Under the pieces are notes generated by a model. That model saw only the letters and a list, made by a program, of their open reading frames with translations, was not told the DNA's origin and did not search any database. The translations under genes were made by a program, and so were the position numbers. Of a stretch of 64,000 bases of DNA, positions 6,574-16,251 are shown in pieces. Source of the stretch: a virus; IMG/VR virus record IMGVR_UViG_3300025121_000045, positions 8,825 to 72,824 of that record; one strand, 5' to 3'. Within the stretch, counting starts at the first letter, position 1, and the number at the start of each line of letters is the position of its first letter.

Positions 6574-6703
6574 TTTAATCTCTTTTCTAATCTCTTCCTT
6601 TAAATTCTTCAATAAATTCTCTACCTTTTAATACCTTATTTTCGTTTAGGTGTAAACCTTTCACCAGGAATTTTCCGATGAAAGTCTATCAGATTTTGAA
6701 AGG

Positions 6704-7003
6704 ATGCTAATGTACCAGATTCCATCTCATTCATCTGACCAAGAGCAGAGTAAAAATCCTCGAACAGCTAAATATAAGTGTGCTCGAGTTTACCTCAATG
6801 GGGACATTATTAGGTCATATTGGGACGATGGCATTGAAGATTGGGTAGAATACAATTCTACCTTTAGGTTTGGGAACGCTCTGTTTGTTAACGGAGAATG
6901 TGTCCGAAATGGTTATCTCTCAGAAGACAGATGTAAAGAGTTAGAGATTCAATTTCGTACAGAATTAGGTCTCCTAACAGAACACATCTTTTCCGTAAGC
7001 TGA
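6704..7003 (+). CDS. hypothetical protein
   Basis: 99-aa ORF with AAGG RBS. Confidence 0.55.
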   Translation: MLMYQIPSHSSDQEQSKNPRTAKYKCARVYLNGDIIRSYWDDGIEDWVEYNSTFRFGNALFVNGECVRNGYLSEDRCKELEIQFRTELGLLTEHIFSVS

Positions 7004-7029
7004 GAGTTCGAATCTTCCTGGACCCGTCA
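7002..7029 (+). pseudogene. degenerate tRNA 3' remnant (Lys-like end)
   Basis: GAGAG-TTCGAAT-CTTCC-TGGACCC; same acceptor 3' strand as the tRNA-Lys genes at 1463 and 3606. Confidence 0.5.
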
Positions 7030-7089
7030 ATATATTCTATAAAGTTTTAATAAAATATTGTCTAAATCTTAGACATAAGGATCTCTTAT

Positions 7090-7437
7090 ATGAATTTAAT
7101 TTCTAAAGAAATAAAACAGTTATCACAAGTTATTAAGAATTCTAATCACACAAAGGTTTCATCATGGATGCGTGAACCTGGTCCTGATCCGTATTGTTGG
7201 ATGAGGATTATTGTAGGAGGGAATCCGAAATCTTTAGAAGATAGGGTGGCTTTTTGTGAAAAAAGCCCAAGAATTAGGGTAGCCCCTTTTACAACACATT
7301 CTGAAGAAAGTGACAAGTGGAAATTTGGACCAAAAGGCGGCTATGATGATGCCGAAAATTTAGAGTGGTGTGATATAGAGCTTAAAAAATTAGGTTATGT
7401 TATTACGGATACCACTATACCAGATGAGTGTAGTTAA
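7090..7437 (+). CDS. hypothetical protein
   Basis: 115-aa ORF with AAGGA RBS. Confidence 0.6.
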   Translation: MNLISKEIKQLSQVIKNSNHTKVSSWMREPGPDPYCWMRIIVGGNPKSLEDRVAFCEKSPRIRVAPFTTHSEESDKWKFGPKGGYDDAENLEWCDIELKKLGYVITDTTIPDECS

Positions 7438-7471
7438 GAATCCATATTGTGTGTCACTACTTGAGGTAGAC

Positions 7472-8737
7472 ATGTTAGATGTACGTTTCGTTGTAGAACA
7501 TACAGATAAGATTATAGAGAATCTTAGAAAAAGACATACAGATTTTAATTTAACTCATCTCCTGAACCTCTTTAGTCTTCATAAAAACACCCTTCACAAG
7601 TTAGAGATGCTCAAAACTGACCGTAACAGGTTAGCTTCCGAGATAGGCAGACTTAAAATACAGAAACAAGACACGACTATTCTTCAAGAACATGCTAGAG
7701 AATTAGGAAACGACATCAAGTCTTTTGAGATTGACTGTAAAGACTTGGCGGATAGGCTACATTCTCAAGTTTTGTTACTGCCTAATCTATTGCAAGACAC
7801 CGTGCCAGACGGCGTTGACGCTAACGACAATGTGTTAGTACGTACTTGGAATACCCCTACAGCATTTACCTTTACTCCAAAGGCCCACAACGAGATTGGG
7901 GAGGGTTTAGGTATTATAGATTTCCAAAGAGCGGCCAAGATTTCTGGGTCCCGGTTTGCCGTCCTACGAGGAGCGGGAGCTGCTCTAGAACGAGCTTTGA
8001 TAAATTTATTCTTAGATACACATATAAGACACGGGTACCAAGAAGTTATGGTTCCATATCTTGTCAATGCCACTACTATGACAGGTACAGGTCAACTCCC
8101 AAAATTTGAGGAAGACTTATTCAAAATACAAGGATCTGACCTGTACCTAATACCGACTGCAGAGGTCCCGGTCACCAATCTACATGCAGGAGAGATTTTA
8201 GCAGAAGATGGCCTACCCCTCAGGTATTGTGCTTTTACCCCATGTTTTAGAGCAGAAGCCGGTTCGCATGGACGCGATGTAAAAGGTTTGATCCGTCAAC
8301 ATCAATTCCATAAGGTAGAGCTGGTACAGTTTGCACATCCAGACCAATCTCGAAATATTCATGAAGAATTAGTTAGGTATGTTGAGTGTTTGTTAGAGCT
8401 GCTTCAACTACCATACAGGACTATGCATTTATGTGCGGGTGATACAGGCAATGGGTCTTCTAGGACATACGACATAGAAGTATGGATGCCTGGACAGAAT
8501 CAGTATAGGGAGATATCCTCTTGTTCTAATTTTCTAGATTATCAGGCACGTAGAGCCAATATCAGATTTAGACCTAAAGTCGGTGGTAAACCTAGATATG
8601 TACATACCCTGAATGCTTCTGGTTTGGCCATAGGCCGAACTATGGTGGCTATCTTAGAAAACTATCAACAAGAAGATGGGTCTGTCATAGTTCCAGAAGT
8701 TTTAAGACCTTATATGCATATGGATGTCATAAAATGA
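7472..8737 (+). CDS. serS: seryl-tRNA synthetase
   Basis: MLD.. start with GAGG RBS, N-terminal coiled coil, [16 protein letters not shown], motif 2 [37 protein letters not shown]. Confidence 0.97.
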   Translation: MLDVRFVVEHTDKIIENLRKRHTDFNLTHLLNLFSLHKNTLHKLEMLKTDRNRLASEIGRLKIQKQDTTILQEHARELGNDIKSFEIDCKDLADRLHSQVLLLPNLLQDTVPDGVDANDNVLVRTWNTPTAFTFTPKAHNEIGEGLGIIDFQRAAKISGSRFAVLRGAGAALERALINLFLDTHIRHGYQEVMVPYLVNATTMTGTGQLPKFEEDLFKIQGSDLYLIPTAEVPVTNLHAGEILAEDGLPLRYCAFTPCFRAEAGSHGRDVKGLIRQHQFHKVELVQFAHPDQSRNIHEELVRYVECLLELLQLPYRTMHLCAGDTGNGSSRTYDIEVWMPGQNQYREISSCSNFLDYQARRANIRFRPKVGGKPRYVHTLNASGLAIGRTMVAILENYQQEDGSVIVPEVLRPYMHMDVIK

Positions 8738-9000
8738 CAGAAACAGAAAACTGGATTAAAGTGTTGTCAGAGGCCCCTTCGACTCAGATTGACCCGCTGA
8801 TAACAGCAAAGCTTAAAGACCTTCTTACAATACACCCGGTTCAAAGACCTGACATCCTGAGAAATATATTAGATGAATGCATATATGGAGCTTTAGCTAG
8901 TGGCTTTTCCATGACTACAATGGACATAGTCTGGAAATTGTCGATAGAAGACGCTTCCGAGATACATTCGGTATCGAGAGAAGAAATGTTATCCGAATAA
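8734..9000 (+). CDS. hypothetical protein
   Basis: ATGA overlap with the serS stop. Confidence 0.6.
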   Translation: MTETENWIKVLSEAPSTQIDPLITAKLKDLLTIHPVQRPDILRNILDECIYGALASGFSMTTMDIVWKLSIEDASEIHSVSREEMLSE

Positions 9001-9025
9001 TTATTCTTTTTAAAGTGGACTATAC

Positions 9026-9208
9026 ATGAGTAATTATAAACCCACCAATAGAGAAAAGAAATTAGCGACAAGAACTGGAGTATTTTGGTGCCGTTGCGAC
9101 GCAAATCAAGTAGGCCCATGGGAGAAATGTTCTGTTTGCAAATCTCGTAATCCATCCTATCGCTTAAAACGTAATTTTGTGCTTAACAAAAACTGTCGAG
9201 AGATGTAA
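9026..9208 (+). CDS. small Zn-ribbon protein
   Basis: WCRCD..CSVC motifs. Confidence 0.5.
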   Translation: MSNYKPTNREKKLATRTGVFWCRCDANQVGPWEKCSVCKSRNPSYRLKRNFVLNKNCREM

Positions 9209-9664
9209 TATTATGACATACCTGCACAGGAGTATGTCATGTCTATGGAAGAATTCTATAGGACTTTAGAGTTAGATCGATTAACAGTTCGACAAAAATT
9301 ACGTCTTATGGCTCTCTTACTTCGAGACATTGTCTCTGTTTCTTCAGAATACTCTCATTTACAGCCTCTCCTGTCTATTATTAACTTAGAACCTTAACGA
9401 AAGATTTTTAGTTTTTGTTCAATTTTTATGAAAATCTTCATTTAGCATCTTATTTCTCCTTCGTCATTATCGTTGTTAATTAAACATGATGGAGGTCCTT
9501 ATGATGATTGTATTTACACGTCCTAATGCTAAGGCAAAATCCTGGTTTCGAAATGCCATGAATGGAAATGGTATTTGTATCAGTGCGGACATGGACCTAG
9601 CTCTCCTACCTTTTCTGCCTTTTTGTTGGGTAGTGTGGGTTGTAACGGAGCTTGTGAGAAAATA

Positions 9665-9886
9665 ATGAATTATTCAGAAGATTTGCATGCTGTTGTTACA
9701 CATGTCTTAGATCCTGATCTAATGAAAAAAGGTCTTTGCCAACATCATGTTGATTTCGTTAAAAAGATAGTCTCTCGTTGGAAAGAAGAAGGGACCTACT
9801 CAGAAGACCGAGATCTAGAACTTAATAGACTATATGTGAATTTTGCAGAGTCTTGTTTTAAACTCCTAGACCAGCTCAATAAATAA
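9665..9886 (+). CDS. hypothetical protein
   Basis: ORF; start uncertain. Confidence 0.45.
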   Translation: MNYSEDLHAVVTHVLDPDLMKKGLCQHHVDFVKKIVSRWKEEGTYSEDRDLELNRLYVNFAESCFKLLDQLNK

Positions 9887-9948
9887 AAATACCCAGGATA
9901 AAAATATTGACCGTTGTATGTGTCTGAACCAAACATAAGGACACATAT

Positions 9949-11328
9949 ATGGGATCATTCCGAGTAAATAGTGATCGTGGGTTAAGAGCAATAGATACTG
10001 AATTTCTGACAGGAAAATGGAAATTATTTAAAAATCTTTTAGATATTTGGTCTAGACCTTACGAGGGTCATTCAATAATAGTTAGGTCGCAACAAGCATT
10101 TTCTACCTTTGAAGCTGTGTATGTTTACAAGAAAGAAAATGATCCTACCTTTGCATTACGCAAATACAAAAACCCTATCATCGAGTATCTCAAAAAGATA
10201 GGGTATCTTTACAACCCTGATCCTCATGCTAGGTTGTCGGATTTTATACTCTCTTACTCAGACCCCAAAAACAGGTATAAGTTTGAAGAAACTAGTGAAG
10301 AACTTATAGAATGTTCGTTGCCTGGAGGGTTGAAATATTATATGACATCATTCCATCAAGATGATGGAAGTAATATAACCGGAGCAGGCCCTTATTTACG
10401 TTCTGAGAGTGATTATTCAGAATTTAAGAAGAGATTTGCTGACTCCGTTTGGGAAAAAGAAGGTAATGATGGTCTTCAATTAATAATGGATGAGAGGTCT
10501 AAATATGAAGCTCAAGTCCAACTATCCAAATTAGATAAACAGGATGCATATGTTAGCATACCGTCAGAAGACTCGCCTTGGACACATTTAGCGTCTCTTA
10601 CTACTAGATGTCAAGCCTTTTTAAATGCCAAACTATCTAGAAAAATATTGTTCCATGGTCCACCAGGAACAGGAAAAACCTCTCTTGCTCGACAATTATC
10701 TTGTAATTTAGGTGGCCGAACTTTAAGAATTGACCCAGAAGCTTTGAATTATTGTGGTATAGACTATATTAGCGATTTTGTATCTCATTTAAATCCTGGA
10801 GTTGTATTATTTGACGATTTAGACAGAAACCCTGGGGTTAAAAAATTACTTCATTATATGGAAGATAAAAAATTCAATAACATCATCATAGGAACGGTCA
10901 ATACAGTCAAGACTTTAGACCCAGCTTTATTGCGACCTGGAAGGTTCGATGAAGTATTATATGTGGGTGAACCAAACAAAAACTCGCGTAAAGAAATAAT
11001 CAATCATTATTGCTCTCTATACAATGTAGTTTTAGATGAAGAAAATCTTGTTAACTTAACGAGAGGATTCAGTCCGGCTGACATTAAAGAAGTTTTGAAA
11101 TGTCTTTCTGTTGTTGGGGAAACTCACTTGAACGCAGAAATACAGCGTGTTACCATACAAAGAGAATTATATAAAGGAGATAAGTGTGCTGAATATCTTC
11201 TTAAAGAATCTGGGCTCTTAAATTCTGACCCTGATATAGATTTTTTACCTGAAGATTTATGTGAGGATAAGAAGTCAGCCCCACAACCTCAGAGATACGT
11301 TAGTTCCGGTTCTACCGGGAGGAGTTGA
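9949..11328 (+). CDS. AAA+ ATPase
   Basis: Walker A GPPGTGKT, Walker B VVLFDDLD, SRH LDPALLRPGRFD. Confidence 0.92.
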   Translation: MGSFRVNSDRGLRAIDTEFLTGKWKLFKNLLDIWSRPYEGHSIIVRSQQAFSTFEAVYVYKKENDPTFALRKYKNPIIEYLKKIGYLYNPDPHARLSDFILSYSDPKNRYKFEETSEELIECSLPGGLKYYMTSFHQDDGSNITGAGPYLRSESDYSEFKKRFADSVWEKEGNDGLQLIMDERSKYEAQVQLSKLDKQDAYVSIPSEDSPWTHLASLTTRCQAFLNAKLSRKILFHGPPGTGKTSLARQLSCNLGGRTLRIDPEALNYCGIDYISDFVSHLNPGVVLFDDLDRNPGVKKLLHYMEDKKFNNIIIGTVNTVKTLDPALLRPGRFDEVLYVGEPNKNSRKEIINHYCSLYNVVLDEENLVNLTRGFSPADIKEVLKCLSVVGETHLNAEIQRVTIQRELYKGDKCAEYLLKESGLLNSDPDIDFLPEDLCEDKKSAPQPQRYVSSGSTGRS

Positions 11329-11921
11329 AAATGTCAGATTTATTTATAAGTGTGGATGTACAAACCTCTGGACCTATTCCCGGAGATTATTCGTTATTAA
11401 GTCTAGGTATGTCAGTATGTGGTTATGATTTAGACCCAGACAAGAATTTCTACATAGAGATAAGACCTTTGTCTGGATCCAAACATGATCAAAGTTACCT
11501 GGAGTCTGCTAGATTTGATTGGAAGAAAATAAATGAAGATGGATGGGGGTTTGACCCTAAAGAAGCTATGTCTCAATCTCTAAAATGGGTACGCAGAGTC
11601 TCCGGCCCAGACAAACCTGTCTTAGTGTCTTGGAATGGTTTCTATGACCACATGTTTATCACATGGTATTTTACTCATTTCTTGGGTACTAATCCATTTG
11701 GAACAGGACAAGGAAGATCTATAGATCTTAAATCACTTCTTATTGGACGAACCGGAATAGAATACGGGGATGTGTCAGAACGCTCTTTAGCTAAAATAGG
11801 TATTACCAACACTTACAAACATACAGGTAATGCTTTAGAGGAAGCAAAATTGCAGGGGGACTTTTTCCAGAAATTGTCAGAGTACAACAAGCTTCGAGTA
11901 CAAAGTTTGACGAGAACTTAA
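11325..11921 (+). CDS. DEDD-family 3'-5' exonuclease-like protein (degenerate motifs)
   Basis: ISVDVQTSGP, WNGFYD, SIDLKS, HTGNALEEA. Confidence 0.75.
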   Translation: MKMSDLFISVDVQTSGPIPGDYSLLSLGMSVCGYDLDPDKNFYIEIRPLSGSKHDQSYLESARFDWKKINEDGWGFDPKEAMSQSLKWVRRVSGPDKPVLVSWNGFYDHMFITWYFTHFLGTNPFGTGQGRSIDLKSLLIGRTGIEYGDVSERSLAKIGITNTYKHTGNALEEAKLQGDFFQKLSEYNKLRVQSLTRT

Positions 11922-12063
11922 TATCATAATCTAATTTTTAGACGTCAATTCACGTTTAATACGTGTTGCAGTAAAACAATTCTCCATAAATCTTCTAACG
12001 GAGGCAGGAACATGCTATTCTCGTACTACCTTTGAGCTGACCAACTATTTATTCCGTCCACAT

Positions 12064-12255
12064 ATGCATCATAAAGACCGAATCATGATGCATAATAAAC
12101 AAGACCGTAAGGTCCGAAGGTTAGCTTCTATGAAGCTAAAATGTTTATCTCTTGAGAAGAGATTATCTGATATTTGGTTTAGCACCCTTAATTCGTGGGA
12201 ACGCTGGACAGTATTGTTAGATGGAAGCCTGCCTGTTTTTGAAGAACCTGCCTAA
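12064..12255 (+). CDS. hypothetical protein
   Basis: short ORF on the main strand. Confidence 0.4.
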   Translation: MHHKDRIMMHNKQDRKVRRLASMKLKCLSLEKRLSDIWFSTLNSWERWTVLLDGSLPVFEEPA

Positions 12256-12332
12256 ATTTCTCTTAATCTTTCCAATGTCAAAAACGTTGACTTTTCATAA
12301 GTTCAAAACAAATAATAATTAGAAATGAGTTT

Positions 12333-12524
12333 ATGTATCAAGTTTTCACACAATATATCTCTCAAGGTATGTCTTTCAAACCCCATGTTATTGAAAGCAC
12401 CCGTTCAAAAGAAGACATAGAAGTCTATCTTAAAAGTTTGTCCGAGATAAGTACGGTTCGGCGTGTTGAAATTAAGTATAATGACAAAAGACATTCTGCC
12501 GTAGTGATTGTCACGGAAGTTTAA
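12333..12524 (+). CDS. hypothetical protein (paralog at 13381)
   Basis: QVFTQYIS..KPHVIES shared with the 13381 ORF. Confidence 0.6.
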   Translation: MYQVFTQYISQGMSFKPHVIESTRSKEDIEVYLKSLSEISTVRRVEIKYNDKRHSAVVIVTEV

Positions 12525-12537
12525 TAAAGGTACTCAA

Positions 12538-12720
12538 ATGTTTAAGGTGAAGGTACTTGGGGATAGAGACTCTGATTATGATACGGCTGAAAGCATGACA
12601 GACTCTATTCACATAGAGGTTGAGAGCAATGGAGGTGATTCTGTAAAGTTTTATGACGGTCCTGCTTCAGATGTTTATGCTTGGGCAGAAAATCTTGGTT
12701 TTTATGTGGAAGTCGAATGA
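12538..12720 (+). CDS. small acidic hypothetical protein
   Basis: AAGG RBS before ATG 12538. Confidence 0.55.
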   Translation: MFKVKVLGDRDSDYDTAESMTDSIHIEVESNGGDSVKFYDGPASDVYAWAENLGFYVEVE

Positions 12721-13058
12721 AAACGAAATCTTATATCTTAATTATGACTTCAACCAATGGCCATAAATACGGTTATGTAGAAGAGTCCTTTAGTATGTGT
12801 CTTGACCCAAACCGAGTACGTGTATTCACAAAGACTAAGTACTCTAGGAAGACATACAATGCTGACACAGTAAATATGCTACAGGATGCGAAGCTAGGAG
12901 TATGGAAGGATGTACATGGTAAATTCGTACACATCGTGAAAGCCGAAGTTTACCGTGTAGGGTCTAAAAACTGTCCCTTTAAGATTGATTGGAGAGAAAG
13001 ATTTATAGACTCCACTTCAAAGTATAATTGGAGGAATTTGCCGTTTGTGAGTAAGTAG
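12717..13058 (+). CDS. hypothetical protein
   Basis: ATGA coupling with the upstream ORF. Confidence 0.6.
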   Translation: MKTKSYILIMTSTNGHKYGYVEESFSMCLDPNRVRVFTKTKYSRKTYNADTVNMLQDAKLGVWKDVHGKFVHIVKAEVYRVGSKNCPFKIDWRERFIDSTSKYNWRNLPFVSK

Positions 13059-13062
13059 AATA

Positions 13063-13343
13063 TACCAGAGGCCCGTTCGCCGTGATCTAGAACAGGAAGT
13101 TGACCCTTAATTTTGAGGTAACTCAAAGCGCAGGGTACGTTAGGTAACTTAAAAATCATATGCGTGTAATCGTAAAAAGATGCATATGGAAATAGAGACC
13201 ATTACCTAACATTGTAGAGAGATGACAAATATTGTGTATACGTTCTACAAATACATCCGTATATGTGATATGAGGAATTTCTTTACGACAAAGCCGTTCG
13301 ATGCCTAGATCTTTCAGGGTTCGACTCCTTGATCTGGTACTAA
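13063..13343 (+). ncRNA. ~280-nt structured RNA with a tRNA-like/tmRNA-like terminal domain
   Basis: TACCAGA/TCTGGTA, GATCTAG/CTAGATC, T arm TCAGGG-TTCGACT-CCTTGA, plus several internal helices. Confidence 0.6.
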
Positions 13344-13380
13344 TGTTTTCAACCTATAAACCTTAACTATACTTATAACT

Positions 13381-13569
13381 ATGAATGTGCAACTTTTTAC
13401 TCAATATATTTCAAAGTCTCTAAAAACGAGACCTCACATCGTAGAAAGTATTTTCGATAAAAGCAAACTGGAAGAGCTTAAAAAATCATTTTTATCTCTT
13501 AAAAATGTACATGCTGTAGAAATTTGTTGAGAAAATGATATTGTAATTCTTACGGTCTTAGAAGATTAA
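13381..13569 (+). pseudogene. paralog of 12333-12524 with an in-frame TGA
   Basis: MNVQLFTQYISKSLKTRPHIVES..VEIC*ENDIVILTVLED; TGA at 13528-13530. Confidence 0.5.
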
Positions 13570-13646
13570 TTATAACCTCTCTTAGAAAAATCTACCTCAA
13601 ATCGTTTCTTCAATATTACAACAACCTTCAACGAACGGAAGTACAA

Positions 13647-15140
13647 ATGAAAGCCTGTAATAAAGGGACTTGCCGTTTTGCAAAACCCCTTGTTCTAAAG
13701 CGTGCATACGGAATATGCACCGACTCTGATGCCAACCACAATAAAGCATATAGCGCAGAGCTTCATCAAGACGAAGGAACATCAAATTATACGGTGTTCG
13801 TGAGTTACGGACGTGTAGGCGAGAAGATGGCTGAGCGCGAGTACCTGAATGATAACGGCTCTGCTCTTTCTCAGTATGAAGCTGAACAGCAGTACAATGA
13901 TCTTCTGAAGGACAAGTTCGGAGCCCCTAAGTGCTCTGCTTGTGGTAATAAGACGGATGTCGCAGGCGTTATGACCTGCTCCAAATGTAGCCGCAAGTAC
14001 AACTTCAAGGACTATACCAAGAAATATGTGCCCGTTGACCTGGCCCAGGCGAAGGTAGGGTCAGACCACGGCAAGGCTATTGTGGATACCACCAAACTTA
14101 CCACAGCATCGCAGGCTCAAGTACAGCCGGATCCGACAACTGTAATGTCAACGCCTTCTCTGGCACGTGAGATTGTGTCCTTCCTAACACATATTTTCGA
14201 GGAAGCTGGACAGGCAGCTCGATCCAGTTTGAATACTGGAGTGCTCAAGGCAACCGCTGACAATCCCCTTGGAACTCTGAGCCAGGCTCAATTGGAAGAC
14301 GGTAGGGGTATTCTTGATGAGATTCGCCTTTTGCTATTAGATGGTAAAGACCATGCAACTTTGATGAAATTGACCACTGGGTTTTATTCTACAATCCCAC
14401 AGCAAATCGATAGACGGCCGGATTGGAATAGGCTTTGTATCGATAATTTGCCAAAGCTTAGTACGGCTATTGACCTTATTGACCTTCTTTCAGATGTAAA
14501 AGGAGTTCAGACTTCGTTCAAAAGTGGCACTACTGATTGGGACCGTTATGACAGTGTTGGAGCAGACCTTGAAGTAGTAGACCGTAATGATCCAGTATGG
14601 AAAAAGCTTGAGCAGAATGCTTTGAATTCTCGGGCACATAACCATCGTCAGTATGACCGAATGAAGGTTCGCAACATTTTTAAGCTTCGTGTTTCTTCTC
14701 AGAAAGACCACAACTGGCTTGATCCGAATAAGGTGGGCAATGTGCAGGCTTTGTACCACGGTAGTCGTAATGCAAACATCCTTGGTATTACGACTAAGGG
14801 CTTGCTTCTACGGCCTCCGGGAGCCGTAATTACAGGAAGCATGTATGGAGCGGGACTATATTTTGGGTCGAATTCATCAAAGAGTCTACAATATTCTCAG
14901 GGCGGTTGGGGGGGTACAGGCAACAGAAGCAATAATGTTTATCTTTATGTTTGCTCCCTTGCGCTAGGACGTATTAAAGAATACACGACGGCTCAGACAC
15001 ATTTGACTGCCCCACCTTCTGGGTATCATTCAGTAAAGGGGGTTCCTGGGGTACAGCTGGTAAATGAAGAATATATTGTTTATACTCTTCGTCAGCATCG
15101 ACTCGACTATATTATGGACATTAGCCCTGACGGACGTTAA
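13647..15140 (+). CDS. poly(ADP-ribose) polymerase-like protein (WGR + Zn ribbon + regulatory helical + ART catalytic domains)
   Basis: WGR-type SYGRVG; FYSTIP helical domain; LYHGS, GSMYGAGLYF..KSLQYS, NEEYIVY (H-Y-E triad). Confidence 0.9.
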   Translation: MKACNKGTCRFAKPLVLKRAYGICTDSDANHNKAYSAELHQDEGTSNYTVFVSYGRVGEKMAEREYLNDNGSALSQYEAEQQYNDLLKDKFGAPKCSACGNKTDVAGVMTCSKCSRKYNFKDYTKKYVPVDLAQAKVGSDHGKAIVDTTKLTTASQAQVQPDPTTVMSTPSLAREIVSFLTHIFEEAGQAARSSLNTGVLKATADNPLGTLSQAQLEDGRGILDEIRLLLLDGKDHATLMKLTTGFYSTIPQQIDRRPDWNRLCIDNLPKLSTAIDLIDLLSDVKGVQTSFKSGTTDWDRYDSVGADLEVVDRNDPVWKKLEQNALNSRAHNHRQYDRMKVRNIFKLRVSSQKDHNWLDPNKVGNVQALYHGSRNANILGITTKGLLLRPPGAVITGSMYGAGLYFGSNSSKSLQYSQGGWGGTGNRSNNVYLYVCSLALGRIKEYTTAQTHLTAPPSGYHSVKGVPGVQLVNEEYIVYTLRQHRLDYIMDISPDGR

Positions 15141-15215
15141 TATTTCCTCTTAGATTACCCCCTCCCTATACGTTATTATATCACCATAAAGTAATCCACT
15201 ACAAGGGGTAATCAA

Positions 15216-15527
15216 ATGACAAAGACCGTTAAATACTCCGGGTACACTCAAGAAAATTTCAAAGATGCCTTTATTGGATGGGGTGACGATAGACCTGGTT
15301 TTATTCCAGACCTCAAAGAAGGAATTCCGGTCCTGCTTGAAGTCACAAAATACAAGAATGAGGACAAACCACGTAGTAAGACTGTATGGCGCAATGTAAT
15401 ATGGTCTTTTGACCAGAAAGTGGGTTGTGACCAAATCGTTTATGCTGCCGAATACCATAACAGCAAAGACCAAGCCTTACATCGGGACTTAATTCTAAAG
15501 TACATTGGAGGGATACTATGTACTTGA
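15216..15527 (+). CDS. hypothetical protein
   Basis: AGGGG RBS, 103 aa. Confidence 0.6.
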   Translation: MTKTVKYSGYTQENFKDAFIGWGDDRPGFIPDLKEGIPVLLEVTKYKNEDKPRSKTVWRNVIWSFDQKVGCDQIVYAAEYHNSKDQALHRDLILKYIGGILCT

Positions 15528-15784
15528 CTAATGCAGAAAAAGACCTCCTTATTAAGGTGTTGAAAGATTACAGGAAAGAAGAACAGAGTCGTGGGTGTAG
15601 TGACTATACTATATCTAACACAGAAGATAGTTTGTCTGTATGGAAAGAAATAATTACTTCTGCTCCATGGTATGATCCATCCGAAATGAGAGTGGAAACA
15701 GAAAGTGAAGATCCAGAATTAAGCTGCACTACTACAGAGATTCTTGATTTTCTTATCCGTAAATTAGACACAATACAGGAATAA
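15518..15784 (+). CDS. hypothetical protein
   Basis: GGAGG RBS, overlaps the upstream gene. Confidence 0.6.
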   Translation: MYLTNAEKDLLIKVLKDYRKEEQSRGCSDYTISNTEDSLSVWKEIITSAPWYDPSEMRVETESEDPELSCTTTEILDFLIRKLDTIQE

Positions 15785-15785
15785 T

Positions 15786-16154
15786 ATGAGATTTCAACCT
15801 CAAAAAGTACCTTTGAATTGCTTGCTCGGGAAAACGCTAGCACGAGTCCTTGTAGGACCCCAAACTGTTCATTTCCAGACGGTGTGTGGTAGTACCTTTA
15901 CTCTCGGACATGAACAACAGTGTTGTGAGACGGTATATGTTGAGCTGAGTGAAGGTGACCAAGAAACTCTACTTGGAGAAGTGACTGTTTTTGAATTAGT
16001 AAAAGAAAAGACCAAAGGGACTATGGTATGGGCATTTTATAAGCTCACAACGAAAAATGGTTACAACACTTTCAGGTTTACAAAAGATCTAGAGACTTTT
16101 TATTCTGTTGACGTGGACTTTTGTCTCATAGACCCGGAGAGTTACCCTAAATGA
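15786..16154 (+). CDS. conserved phage hypothetical protein (HxQxCCExV motif)
   Basis: HEQQCCETVY and WAFYKLTT motifs. Confidence 0.6.
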   Translation: MRFQPQKVPLNCLLGKTLARVLVGPQTVHFQTVCGSTFTLGHEQQCCETVYVELSEGDQETLLGEVTVFELVKEKTKGTMVWAFYKLTTKNGYNTFRFTKDLETFYSVDVDFCLIDPESYPK

Positions 16155-16251
16155 TTACCCTAACAGAAAATATGGATTAATTTCTCTCTGATTACTTCTT
16201 TAGTGTTGTCGTTATTCATATGTGGTTGTTATCCAATATGAAAGACTATAA

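Noticed and set aside
13063-13343. Canonical tmRNA (ssrA) or RNase P RNA
   Set aside because: It lacks the GGGG 5' end, G3-U70, CCA and a tag ORF, and lacks the RNase P GAGGAAAGTCC signature; kept as an unclassified ncRNA
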